Shown here one piece after another: positions 13,820-27,129 of a stretch of DNA of 64,000 bases. The stretch lies in contig NC_068994.1 in NCBI RefSeq assembly GCF_001194135.2, forward strand, positions 36,970,498 to 37,034,497, written 5' to 3'. The notes under the pieces are model-generated. The model had not been told where the DNA came from and did no database searches. It was given only the letters and a program-made list of their open reading frames with translations. The translations under genes were made by a program, and so were the position numbers. This DNA comes from Octopus bimaculoides (lineage: Eukaryota). The first letter of the stretch is position 1; each line of letters opens with the position of its first letter.

Positions 13820-14056
13820 GAAACAAGAAAGTACCCTTCCCAGGCATAAGTCTGGGCAAGGTTGTTTGTAGAAGACCAGTTGTCACCCATGCATAAAAGT
13901 CTTCCTGCTCCATGCCACACATGTTGTTCAAAGGAAAGGCAAAGGCCAATACAACTTGGCACCATTTCTATACCCGAGTGAACTGAAGCAATGTGAAATA
14001 AAGTGTCTTGCTCAAGAATACAGCACATAGCCCAGTCCTCTAAGCACTGAGCCATA
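13820..14056 (-). mobile_element. SINE remnant (third family)
   Basis: GAACTGAAGCAATGTGAAATAAAGTGTCTTGCTCAAGAA is the reverse of a tRNA-like head; a related piece lies near 41370-41470. Confidence 0.55.
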
Positions 14057-14081
14057 CAACTTCATACATTATATATACATA

Positions 14082-14116
<35 letters not shown>

Positions 14117-14639
14117 AGCGAAAGAGAGGGAGAGAGAGATGTAAAATCATATATATGTATGTATGTATGTATGGGCTTCAACATGGTTATGGTGTTAAGA
14201 AGTTTGCTTTTGAACTATGTCCTTTAAGGTTCGGTTCCGCATTGAGGTACTTTGGGCAAGTGCTTATACTATCGCTTTGGGCCAACTTGTCAGGTATGTA
14301 TGAATAAATGTTAATTTCTGTGAGTGCATGAGTGTGTGTGCATGTGTGCATGAGTTTGTATTTTCCCCCATCTTCACATGTGTTCTCTGGTGTTGGATGG
14401 TATCATTTGTTTCCAGTTCTCCTCTGGGTAACTATGTCTGGGCTGTTTGTTATTTGATAGACTGGAAGACTATTAGCATGTCTGGTAACAGATAGGGGTT
14501 GGCATCAGGAAGATATCTTGCCACAGAGAACTTTGCCCCAACAGTCTGTGTGTATGTATGTATGTATGTATGTATGTGTANNNNNNNNNNTTTTTAATTT
14601 CGTGCATGTGCATTGTTTGTTTTTGATTTTGTTGACTAC

Positions 14640-15046
14640 AAAGAATAGTAGGGTCAGTTGGGCACTGTCTGTGAGAAAATCAGTACCATGACGCAATTCA
14701 CTCAGCCAGAAATTTGGAAACAACATGCTGTACTGCTTGGCAATCATGCCAGAAGCTCCAATACAAACAGATGGTGAACACACAGAACAACAGTTAGCTT
14801 GCTATGTCCCCAAAACATGTACCAAGAGTGATAAAAATCAAACATCTAGTCAACATCATGGTGGATCACTAGTGATGGTGATGTTATGCTTCCACACATC
14901 TATCCACATGGCTTCAGTCTCAATATGGAGGCCTACATCAAGTGCCTGGAAGAAGTAGTGCTGCCCTGGTTCAAATAGGGTGGCTGCTGAAAGACCACAT
15001 GTTTTGCAACAGGACACACAAGCAGGAGGACCCAGGTATGGCTGTG
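14640..15046 (+). mobile_element. Internally deleted Tc1/mariner transposase remnant, maT (DD37D)-like
   Basis: MTQFTQPEIWKQHAVLLG and KIKHLVNIMV/ITSDGDVMLPHIYPHGFSLNMEAYIKCLEEVVLPWFK*, with frameshifts and stops. Confidence 0.85.
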
Positions 15047-15054
15047 TATATATA

Positions 15055-16010
15055 NNNNNNNNNNNNNNNNNNNNNNNNNNNNNNNNNNNNNNNNNNNNNN
15101 NNNNNNNNNNNNNNNNNNNNNNNNNNNNNNNNNNNNNNNNNNNNNNNNNNNNNNNNNNNNNNNNNNNNNNNNNNNNNNNNNNNNNNNNNNNNNNNNNNNN
15201 NNNNNNNNNNNNNNNNNNNNNNNNNNNNNNNNNNNNNNNNNNNNNNNNNNNNNNNNNNNNNNNNNNNNNNNNNNNNNNNNNNNNNNNNNNNNNNNNNNNN
15301 NNNNNNNNNNNNNNNNNNNNNNNNNNNNNNNNNNNNNNNNNNNNNNNNNNNNNNNNNNNNNNNNNNNNNNNNNNNNNNNNNNNNNNNNNNNNNNNNNNNN
15401 NNNNNNNNNNNNNNNNNNNNNNNNNNNNNNNNNNNNNNNNNNNNNNNNNNNNNNNNNNNNNNNNNNNNNNNNNNNNNNNNNNNNNNNNNNNNNNNNNNNN
15501 NNNNNNNNNNNNNNNNNNNNNNNNNNNNNNNNNNNNNNNNNNNNNNNNNNNNNNNNNNNNNNNNNNNNNNNNNNNNNNNNNNNNNNNNNNNNNNNNNNNN
15601 NNNNNNNNNNNNNNNNNNNNNNNNNNNNNNNNNNNNNNNNNNNNNNNNNNNNNNNNNNNNNNNNNNNNNNNNNNNNNNNNNNNNNNNNNNNNNNNNNNNN
15701 NNNNNNNNNNNNNNNNNNNNNNNNNNNNNNNNNNNNNNNNNNNNNNNNNNNNNNNNNNNNNNNNNNNNNNNNNNNNNNNNNNNNNNNNNNNNNNNNNNNN
15801 NNNNNNNNNNNNNNNNNNNNNNNNNNNNNNNNNNNNNNNNNNNNNNNNNNNNNNNNNNNNNNNNNNNNNNNNNNNNNNNNNNNNNNNNNNNNNNNNNNNN
15901 NNNNNNNNNNNNNNNNNNNNNNNNNNNNNNNNNNNNNNNNNNNNNNNNNNNNNNNNNNNNNNNNNNNNNNNNNNNNNNNNNNNNNNNNNNNNNNNNNNNN
16001 NNNNNNNNNN
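15055..16010. other. Assembly gap (956 N); other gaps at 14581-14590, 29238-29712 and 32285-32388
   Basis: Runs of N, mostly flanked by microsatellites or poly(A). Confidence 1.
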
Positions 16011-16135
16011 TATGTGTGCATGTATATATATATATTTTGTATCTATCCATATCCATATATTCATACATACCTACATTACATATATTACATACATTATATA
16101 CATACATGCGCACATGCATACATGCATACGTACAC

Positions 16136-16168
<33 letters not shown>

Positions 16169-16249
16169 CATACATACATATGTATGTATATAATAACTTT
16201 ATTACAATTAATTTTTTCAACTTTTCTGTTTTAAATTATTGGCATGTAA

Positions 16250-17007
16250 TTTGAAATTCACGACAGAACAACAAGTAAGAATAATCAAATTTTATCTGCA
16301 AAAATCAACGATCAAATGTGCTAGTACAAAGAGCTTACATTCATCATATTCAGAACAGACAACCACCATTTAAACTAGCAGTATTCAACTTACTCCGGTG
16401 GTTTGAACAACAGGGGTCTATAATTGATTTACCACATGTGGGAAGGCTACATGTAAAGTGGAGCATTGAAGAAGAGCCTCCGACAACAACCTGAAGGCAG
16501 TCCCAGCAGCTGGGTATATCCTGAAGCTCACTATAGAAGATTAAAAGTATTATGAATTTATTTCCATACAAAAGTACTGCTAGTGCAGGAAATGAAGCCA
16601 GCCGATTATCAGGTATGATTAGTGTATGCTGCCCAGATCAAGAAACTCTAAATTCAATTGGCCCTCATGCTCACCTGATTTAATGGTTCCAGACTTTTTC
16701 TTGTGGGAATATCTGAAAGATAGAGTATACCATAACAAACCTCGAACCATCCAGCAGTTTAAGGTGAAGAAATTGAAGGAATAAGCCAAGAAACATTGCA
16801 AATGGTGATGAAACTCTCTTTAGAAAGAGCTCACCATTTTTCAAGAACGAAATGATGACCATTTAAACGGACATCATTTTAAAAACTAATTTAAAATGTT
16901 TTTCAAGAAGTGTATTTATTGTTTATAAAAGAATAAATGTAAATATTTAATAAACAAAAGGGTTATTATATTTTGAAATGATCAAATGATTTTTGGGCCA
17001 CCCTGTA
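16250..17007 (+). mobile_element. Decayed Tc1/mariner element, rosa/VS (DD41D)-like, with right TIR
   Basis: TTEQQVRIIKFY, LLRWFEQQGSIIDLPHVGR, SIEEEP..RQSQQLGIS, WPSCSPDLMVPDFFLWEYLKDRVYHNKPRTIQQ and terminal DIIFKN*. Ends in GGGCCACCCTG-TA at 17005-17007. Confidence 0.85.
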
Positions 17008-18304
17008 CATACATACATGCATACATACATACACACATACATGCATACATACATACATACATACATGCATGCATGCATGCATGCATGCATGCATGCATAC
17101 AGACAGACAGACAGACAGACACATACACACACACATACACACACAGACACACACAAAATGATGGATTGCAATCAGAGTTTTCAACCATGATTTTGATCAA
17201 CTGATTTTTGATCCGCTGAATTATCAAACTCATGTAAGCGGTTGAGTAATCCGCAAACATGTTGCGTATCCTTAATGTAATTCTCTGGCAGAGTCTGTGT
17301 ATCACAATGTGACAAGGTTAGGCCTTTGAAGTACAGTGTAATCCAGCCAGCATGCTTCCATACAATTCCCATCTACCCTATTTCACTTACATAGATAGAT
17401 GAACATGAGGTTACAGAAAATGTTACTTGACCATGACATCACACATTGAGATCAAAATGAACAGCTTGTGATTAAGAAGCAATCTGCTTAATTGTGCTTA
17501 AACATGTACATAGACACACGCCACATATATTCATATACTCTTACACATGCACACCTGCGTTCGTATGTAAATGTTTGTATGTACATTTTTATGAAAAAAT
17601 ACATCATTTAAACCTAAATTATTTAGATTAGTTTCTTGTGAGTGGTTGACAGTAAGCAGAATCTACTGTCGGAATTTAATTCACTGTTGAAATGATTTTG
17701 CATCAATTTCAATTATAAGCTATTATTGGTAAAGGCATGAACATCACAACACATCCTTTAAAAGATAGTTCTGAAATGGCTGCATACTTAAGGTAGTACA
17801 TTAGAAATCATAATTATCAAATGTGTTAATTCTATACTCTTCAGCTCATCTAGACTTGAGGACTTGGCCAGAAATTTTGGAAGTCATACTTGTGATAGTC
17901 TGATGTTCTCTTCTGGGAAGATATTTATTCAGTTTTTATTTAATGCTATAAGCTTTCAGTTAATTGCCAAAACTTGTGAGACACAAGAGACTTTAAAGAT
18001 TCACCTCTTTATAATGCTCAGTATATCTTTCGTTGGTACACAACCTTTTTTTCAGTACTCACAATCAAAATTTACATATAGCAAATGATAACATAGGGAA
18101 AATAAACATTGGAGATATTTTGCCCATCTATTAAGTACAGAAACTACTCAGAAGTATTGCAAGCTCTTTTAAGTCCATCACAATTTTAGAAACCCTTCCA
18201 TATCATCAGCAGATATTTCAGGATCACAAGCATCTCATTCCTTAGCTTCTATGCTTTGCCTGAAAGGGGCAGCAAGGACTGAATTAGTCTTAGTCTGTAA
18301 AAGG

Positions 18305-18690
18305 GTTCCAACTTTGGTCTCTTGCTAACCGCAGCCAGCTGCTATACCTATCTCCTTGATGGCTTCTTCAGCTGTCTGGGTTCTAGTGCACCAATCTAGC
18401 TGGAGAGCCATGGTAGCCAAAAGCTTCAATGGAGAATGAGGCTACCTGCCATCCTTTAAGTGCCTCATCGACCAAGTCTTGTACGAAATTCTTTTACTGA
18501 TAACTCTCTGACTCTTTAAATCAACAGTTCCATAATGGAGCTTCAAAGACCTTTTTTCCACGGGAGGAAATACTGTAACACTGAACTCCTGATTGGTATT
18601 TGAAGAAAACAGTGAGTTGATGAAATAAAGTTCAGCCACAACCATGTGAAGATGCTGACATCAAATCTTGACTGGCATTTGGAAAAGAAA
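18305..18690 (-). mobile_element. HERO-like (RLE-type) non-LTR retrotransposon 3' remnant
   Basis: Fragments MVVAEL, QDLVDEALKGWQVASFSIEAFGYHGSPA and KEAIKEIGIAA..WLRLARDQSW resemble the restriction-like endonuclease C-terminus of HERO/R2-group elements. Confidence 0.7.
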
Positions 18691-20439
18691 TAGCTTATCT
18701 AATAGAATAGTGTCACGATCATGCTGTTATGATAACCTACATTTGATATTTCGAAGACTGAAATGAAAGTAAGGAAGAAAAAAAAATGTACATTTTCCTA
18801 TAAATATTTATCTTTCTTTGTTCACTTTAGCTAATACCATTTATAGAGTCCAAAAATATTTCAGACACATTGATGTTATGCTGGTATTACAAATGTAAAG
18901 GAAGTTACTTATATTTCAATTTACTCAATGATAACACTAAAATAGTCATGAAGTCAGATGTTATTACAAAATCTGTTCTGTTTATTCTATCTCTATGCAA
19001 TTCTCTATAAAACCATTCTAGAAATGTACCATCTCTTTTTCACATTAATCATGCTATTAATTTTTTCCCTCATAGCCATCTCATTTCTCTTATAGCCAAT
19101 GAAATTTTCCTTGATTGCTGTATGTGATATTAACTCTTGCATATTTATTCTGATGTTTCCCATTATTTCTATTTGTATGAATATCTCTGTGCATGGTATT
19201 TGGTATGTGTGTGAGTGTGTATCTGTATGTCTGTATGTTTATGTGTGCATATGTTTGTGCATGTGTGTGTGTGTGTGTGTGTATTTGTGTTCATGTGAAA
19301 ATGTACTTCTGTCTGTCAACTAGATTTAATCAAGGGCATGTCCCTCATCATACAATGATTCAACTAAATGTATAATACAAAAAAATGCTAGTGTGTTCTG
19401 AGGTGCACAGTAGGACAGAAGATGTTAATCAAGGTTTCAATACAATGCTGGTAATTCTATAATCCAAATGTTTAGACTTCTATCTGAAAGACTGAATCAA
19501 TTAATTAGGAGTTACATTGTAAAACACACTTGGATGTGTGAAAACAGGAGGAAGCAAGGAATATTTATTAATCAATCAATAAGCCAAGATTCAACACTAA
19601 TGGACAGATAAAGACATGATATCAGCACTGTTTAGTAACATGACACATTTTCCTTCTGTCAAATGTCACTATCACTTAACTATAGCCTCTATATCTTCAC
19701 TGATAGTTGATTAAATTTGTTACTTCTTTTTTACTATTGCTTCTTGTAACTCGATTCTTTATGTAACTTTTTTTTTTTCTATTATCAATTGATATGATAA
19801 ATTTGTTGAAAACTATCAATCACACCTTAACATCCTTTTGCATTGGTCTGTCTTTGTACAATGTTGCAATTACCAGGCCTTGTATTCTGAATGTGAACTG
19901 AGAATTTTCTCAAATACTTTTGCAAAAATTTTTTTAACTCAGTTTGAATGAAATAATTAAATTCTTGAAAGTCTTTTCTGATGTCAAATAATCTAATGAC
20001 ACAAATTGAATAAAGATAATTAGAATAACTGAAAGAAATATTAAGTTAGAAGAATATATAAAATGATCTCCTACACATCTCATAGAAGTATTCAATTACA
20101 GATTCTTAGTATTCTCTCAGCAAACTTCCTCTTTTTTTTTTCCAACTTATTTTAGCATTCTCTTAAATAGTTTTTCTCCCAGAGAAATCATGTGAGAATA
20201 TAAGAGTGGGCACCATCTCAGAATACTCGAGTATTTATATCAGGTGACATAAGAATATTTCAAGAAATAGGAGTCTATTGTGTAATCACTTTCTGTACAA
20301 ATTCTATTACTGCTGAAGCTATGTATTTAAGTTGGATTTGAACCAAAATTCTATTAATTCCAAGTTCTGATTTAGTGGAGTTTTCTTATTGATATTGATT
20401 AAGTAACAAAATATTTCAATAGAAATTATAAGTGTAAAA

Positions 20440-20448
20440 ACTTACCTG
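20440..20448 (-). other. Splice donor ending the ectodomain exon (CAG|GTAAGT, phase 0)
   Basis: Plus strand reads acttacctg at 20440-20448; the exon ends after Gln codon CAG. Confidence 0.88.
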
Positions 20449-22857
20449 ATGTGTCCCTTGGATAATATTTTGGTGTAATATTCCTGTTGGGGAATTTTTC
20501 CAATTTTGTCCAGGTTTATGTCTGGGAAGTGATTCTTTTTTAAGTGTAGCTGTCTGTGTATTTCTTTTCATGCTGTTGTCAGATACCATTGTAATAGAAA
20601 TATCATATTGAGGAGAGACAGTCTCAGAAACATATTCTGATGGTCTCCTCTCTTCAGCAAACTTATTATTCCCATCTACGTCGTTAGTATAGAGAAATTT
20701 TCTTTGGTTGTTTTTCTGAATGATACATATTGCAATGGAAACCACAATAGCAACAGATACAATGACAGCTGCAATAACTATAACAGCAACTAAATTAAAA
20801 TGTATCTTTTTATCAGCCTCTATGCCTATAGGTGTAAACATCTTAGACGTATTGTTACTGACAGTCAGTGTCAAAGACAGTATAGTTGTTGCTGATAAAA
20901 CTGGTGTGCCACTGTCTTTGACAACAAACTGAAGATCATATAATCCTGCATCATTTTGGTAAACTGTTCGATAATAAGACAAAGTTCCTGTGTAAGGATT
21001 TATTGTAAATAATTGTTTTCCATTTCCAGAAAGTATTTCATATTTGAGAAAAGCATTCACGTGACTGTCTCTGTCTGAAGCTCTCAAGGTTGTAATGTCA
21101 CTATTACTCTGTGGATGGTAGTGAACATCTAAAGTGAAAGGGCTAACACTGGGAAATGTAAAATAGGGAGCATTATCATTTTTATCCATAACTTCCACAA
21201 TTACAGTAGCAGCGTTACTTAATGGCGGAATACCATTGTCTTTGACTAAAACTTTAAATTTATAGACGTCTTGTTGTTCCCGATCCAACATTTGAGTCGT
21301 TACAATAAATCCAAAGTTGGATATCTTAAAAGGTAAAACACGGTTGTGGTCATTCAACAAAGAGAAAGAAAGTCGACCACCAGATCCTTGGTCTTGATCA
21401 GTTGCATTTATCAAACCAATTGGAAAATTTGGTTTCTCATTTTCATAAGTTAAAAATTTGAAAACATCACGAGTAAAATGTGGTTGAATGTCATTGATAT
21501 CTTTTACTTGAACTGTAAACATTCTTTTGGTTAGTAAAGGGGGCAACCCTTTGTCTTCACATACAACTGCAAAATTAAGTTGACTTTGACTTTCTCTGTT
21601 CACAGTATTTTTGATGACTACTTTGTATTTGTTTGTTCCCAAACTTCTGAGTTCCAGTTTGTCATGTTCAAGCTGACAGGAAACTTCTCCATTTAAACCA
21701 ATATCATTGTCTATAACTTTCACATAAGCAATGAAACTTCCAACTTTTACTCCTTCAGATATTGTTACTCTGTTGCCTTCAAACTTTGAAACAAACTTCA
21801 TATCTATTCTTGGAGCATTATTTTCTTCGTTTAATATGTTTATCAAAACAATTGCAGTTGAACTTAAGGGAGGATTACCATTATCAATAGCTTCAATATA
21901 AAGCTTATACATTTGTTTCCTTTCACCATAGTTTGTCCGAGACTGGAAAATCTCTCCCGTTTTTTCATTAATTGTAAAATGAGATTTTGCAAGAGGAGAT
22001 GTTTTTGAGCCAAATTGGTATAAAATTTCACCATTTTCCCCTGAGTCTAAGTCTGTTGCATGCAAAACAAACACTGGAATATCTTTCCGAAAACCATTAT
22101 TAATTGATACATTATATATATCCTGAGAAAAGGATGGAGAATTATCATTTTCATCTGTAACTGAAATCTGAATATCTAAAATGCCTTCCTTTGGTGGTGA
22201 GCCGCCATCTCTGGCAATAACCTGCAGAGCATAGCTATCTTTCAATTCTCTGTCAAGTGCTTCTTCTAACATGATACCAATTTTAGCTGTTCCATCAACT
22301 TTTTTATTAACTGATAAAGAAAAGGGTTCATCTAGGTTCTTGTAAAGCTGATAATTAATCTGGTTATAAAGTGTGCTAACATCTTTGTCTAAAGCATTCG
22401 GTATTGATTTCATAAAACCTTCTCTATCAGTTTCAGAAAATTGAAGTTTGATTTGTTTGCTGGAGAATTCAGGAGCATTGTCATTAATATCATCAATGAT
22501 TATTTTAATTTCCAAAATTCGGACAAAAGATTCCTCATGCCTGACTGCAATCTCTACCATTTTAAAACATTCTGAATTATATTTACAGAGGGATTCAGCA
22601 TCTAATATCTGTGTTGTGTACATTTTACCTGAGCTAGTTATGTTAAACAGTTCAAAATCTTCACTAATACTTTCATGTAACTGGCTGAATGTAACAGAGC
22701 CATGTTCTTGAGAAGGCATGCTGTCCAAAAAATGAGTTTCATCAGCAATATTCCCTATAAATGTACCTGGACTGTGACCCTCTGGCACATGGAAGATAAC
22801 ATCTACAGACAACGATTCTCCAAGAATGAACAATACTACACAAAATTTTAACATCAT
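20446..22857 (-). CDS. Pcdh: Protocadherin large ectodomain exon (804 codons): signal peptide, EC1-EC6, TM (~20719-20792), proximal cytoplasmic tail
   Basis: Uninterrupted ORF. First ATG is 22857 in an AAAATG context (the ORF-track start at 22863 is TTG, preceded by an in-frame TGA). EC1 has the C-X5-C motif (CKYNSEC). Cadherin linkers DINDNAPEF, DENDNSPSF, EENNAPRI, DINDIQPHF, DKNDNAPYF; LDRE twice; hydrophobic LVAVIVIAAVIVSVAIVVSIAICII. Ends at a perfect CAG|GTAAGT donor in phase 0. Confidence 0.96.
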
Positions 22858-22874
22858 TTTCAATCATAAGTTAG

Positions 22875-22980
22875 CTGAGAAAACTGATTAATTTGTTTCA
22901 ACTCCAAATAAGTCTTCACTGTGAAGTAACAGTAGCCATCTTGATTTTTTCACTCATGAAGTAAATCTGGAAAAAAGTTG
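22875..22980 (-). other. Two candidate splice acceptors for the ectodomain exon (exon start 22966 or 22874)
   Basis: Minus strand aacttttttccAG|atttac (AG at 22968-22967) and cagttttctcAG|ctaac (AG at 22876-22875), both upstream of the ATG, implying a non-coding upstream exon. Confidence 0.6.
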
Positions 22981-23838
22981 ATTATTTTTCAATTAGCGAA
23001 ACATTATTTTTTTCAAGACTTTTAGAATTGATTTTTCACTCAATAAAATTAAAAGTACTTATTAAAATTTATCATTTATTCATTTACTTTTTTTATATTT
23101 CTATCTTTACAAAATTAGCTTAGCACAAAAATACAAATCTTAAATTAAAATCTGTGTAGATCTAAATTAAGAAGGAGTGTTTACTAAATTTTTTGGTTTC
23201 CATCCAAACTAATCTAGTGAAGCTTCAGCAAAGCCATGAGTAAATAGCATTATGAGTTTAAATTCCAATTTACTTCTATAAGCAAAGGTTTCACACTTTC
23301 ACACCATTTTTGGTTGGAAAGCATAGCAACAATATATTCATCACAGAAAATTTTTTCATAGATTATAAATGCTTCATAATCTAATTTGGCCAAGGTGATG
23401 AAAATGAAAATCTATTTTCATAAATGCCATATATTATTGTGAAAAGCTGCCTATTTGAAATAAGTGAAATACATTATTTGCAGATTAAGTAGGTTAAAGG
23501 GGAAAAATAAATTGAATATGAAAGGTTGAATAGATTGCCCCTTAGGATAAAGAGAATAAAAATTATGAATAAATTCATCTAAGTGGGTGAAATTTTAATA
23601 GCAGCTTCTTAGCCTATATTTTGTTTAAGATATGAAGAGAACAATCTATCTTTCTTTCTCTCTCTTACACCCATCCATGTAGGTGTCTTTGCTTAGATGC
23701 ATCTGCATTTCTTCCTCTTTATCTCTCTCTGTCAACATACAAAGAGGTATGTGAGTGTATACATATATAAATACATACACATATATATATATATATATAG
23801 TATGCATGTATGTGTACATATATCTTTTATACATAGAC

Positions 23839-23898
<60 letters not shown>

Positions 23899-24988
23899 TT
23901 GCATGTCTTTTAGCAGTGGCTTGTCAGTTTCAAAGTGGTTTAGAATGAATGAAAAAAGTAAGCTCCTTCCCACCACTTGCTTAGGGGCTCACCTTGGGGA
24001 AATAACAAAACCTCACCCTAGATTCAATTCTTTCTTTAGCCTCCTAAACTTCATTCACCTGAATAAAGATGTCCAAAATGACTGCAAATCTCCGTCTCAT
24101 GCCAATAATATTTTGTTATTGGTAAACCTAGCAGAGCTGACAAGGGAACAGATGGAGAATAGTGGAGCCCCAGTTCAATTTAATCCTGTTTCAATTCATG
24201 TGAGTTGTTAATGCAGATTACACATGTTTCAATAAAACCTTAATTTAGTCTTGATAATTTTGTCTTCAACCAAACTGAGATGATATCCTTATATATATAT
24301 TTATACACACATACACACACACACACACAATATTATATTATATATATTATTTATGTGTTTGTGTGTGTTTTAAATGTGTGTCTGTCTGGCGGGGTGGGGG
24401 TAAGGCAGAGAGAAGGAGATAAAAAGAGATATTTAACTGCTGTAAATCCATTTTCCCATGTTAGAATGGGTGAATGGTTTTGCATATTTAGATATTTGCA
24501 TATTGTTGGAGCAAATGTTTTTACAGTTGGATGCCTTTCCTAATGTTAACTAGCCAACCATAAAGCGGGGCTGAGACTATTTTTCAGCTACCTATACTGA
24601 AGCAATGCACTTTGAACTCATTAAAGTGTGGTCAGCAGTCCAGCACATCATATTAATGGCCTTTGCATCTCTGCCTATAGATGCTTGTGTATTTATGTGT
24701 GTATATATGTATATATTATGTGTGATTGTTAGTATATGTTAGTATGTATGTATCTATGTAAGTGTATATGTATGCATATTTGCATGAATGACTGTATCTA
24801 TCAATTCATTAAAACACACACACATGCATATGTACACACACTCACACACATTTAACTAGCTAAATGTATATATCTAAATGCATGTATTGGAGGATATTTA
24901 TACTTGTCTCCATATTGCCGAATGGCTGCTTCTTACACATATTTGCATATACACTTACACATATGCATGCATGCATCATACATACACA

Positions 24989-25070
<82 letters not shown>

Positions 25071-25910
25071 TACACACATATTCACATATGAATATTTGTA
25101 TGTGTGTACATATATGTATGTGCAAATATATACAGAAACAAATGTATATATGAGACAACCAAACAAGTAGAACGAAAAGTTATTTATTCAGAAAGCTGGG
25201 GATGTTGGGAAAAGCTTTTGATTACATTCAGCCATTTACTTGTAAAATAAGTGAAATCCGAAATGAGTAAAATATATAAGTATATATATAAATATATATG
25301 TGTGTCTCTGTGTGTGTGAGTGTAAACAAATAAAAATTCAGAAAAATAAAGGTAAAGGAAAATAAAAATTGAGAGATTCAACATTATGGAATTATATATC
25401 TATGCCAATAAATCAATAATCAATCACTTAGTGAGATATTGAGTAGTTTTGTATAGATGAGAAGGACATTTAAAGTAAACCCAGCTGAATAAATTCAGAT
25501 AAATCACACTCAGACCAAAATATGGTGTAGTAGGCAATGATTAACATAGCAAGAATTGGAAACCACACAGCGGCCTCCTGGGGTTCACAGCCACAGATAC
25601 ATCCAACTTTCTCTATTAAATTTTTAATCACTTATGGAGTGAAAAATATCAATAATATATATTAATATACATACATACATACATACATATATATGTGTTT
25701 GTGTGTGTATGTACATACACGTGTTTAAGCATATATGTGAGAGAGGGAGAGAGAAAGAGAATGAGTATATTTTTGTGTCTAACTCTGTTTGTAGTTATGG
25801 ATGTATGTCTGCAAATTTGTGTGTGTGTGTTATGTGTTATGTATATTTACCTATAATATCTATCCATCTATCTATATGTATCTATATATATGTGTGTGTG
25901 TGTGTGTATA

Positions 25911-25968
<58 letters not shown>

Positions 25969-26287
25969 GCATGCCTATAATATATATATACATAGATAGA
26001 CAGATTTGGTAACAATAGAAGAAACAGAATTCAATACATATGAATACTTATTTATGTCTACATTTTTTAATCAGTTGTAAAATTAAAGTGATTTGAAAGC
26101 TGAGACTTTCACACAATCCAGGAGTTTGTTAAGTTATATCTGGACGTAAATATTAGCACCAGTGTTATAACAATGTATGACATTGTCTGATCCTCTGAAA
26201 GTTCTGCCAATCCACTGTATATACATATGTGTGTGTGTTTGTGTGAATGCACATATGCACATTCATATATCTATCCCTGTGAATGTA

Positions 26288-26321
<34 letters not shown>

Positions 26322-26445
26322 AATATATGTAAATAGACTTTTACACACACATTTTACACACACACACACACACAAACATACATATATATGTATATGCAGA
26401 CTCATATTTACATACTAATTACATATGTATGTCTGCATATGTATG

Positions 26446-26493
<48 letters not shown>

Positions 26494-27129
26494 AAGGTAG
26501 ATTGGTAGGACTATTGGGGAGTTTGGCAACATATTGTACATTATCTGTTGCAGGTCTTTGCTCCATAACAGTAATGTCTACTACAATACTTGTGTTAACA
26601 TTTATTGGGCCAAATTGGTAGCATTTCCTTGGATAAATATTGTTGGTGAGGAGCAGAGAGTTTTGCATGCACATCATACAACTGACAGTCATTTTTCATA
26701 AAATTTTGCCCAAGCCTTTGCCTATGTGTGCAAATGCAAGGCCAGCCTTCACTGAGATAGGTTCTATATATTTTTATGTACTTTGTGATTTCATTTTCTT
26801 GTCGTCACATCACAGTTCTTCTAGTGCTCTGAGGTTTAACGGTCTGTTGATAATGTGATAAAACAACTTTGGTTTTCACTTGACAGCTGATGAGGGGAGT
26901 ATAGTGTTCATGTTTTTGTCATGACTGGTGCATTTTCCCTGTAATCCATTCTTAGTTTTTTTCCTATGTGATCATAATGTTACTGGCTTTTGACATCACA
27001 TTCATATACATTGTATATATGAAAGTATGTGTGATCTATAGTTTCCTAGTTCTTTCTATCTCATACTATATGAACTCTGGTGTACTTATTGTTTAATGCT
27101 TTACCTATTCACTTCCTTCTGTACTCAAA

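Noticed and set aside
14856-16254. Long ORFs of 360-430 aa (also 28982-30026)
   Set aside because: They run through N-gaps and microsatellites; artefacts.
20222-20235. 14-bp palindrome AATACTCGAGTATT
   Set aside because: Several palindromes of this length are expected by chance in 64 kb.
22858-22863. ORF-track start of the 815-aa protocadherin at 22863
   Set aside because: That codon is TTG. The first ATG is 22857, and the last 9 residues of the track ORF lie beyond a perfect splice donor.
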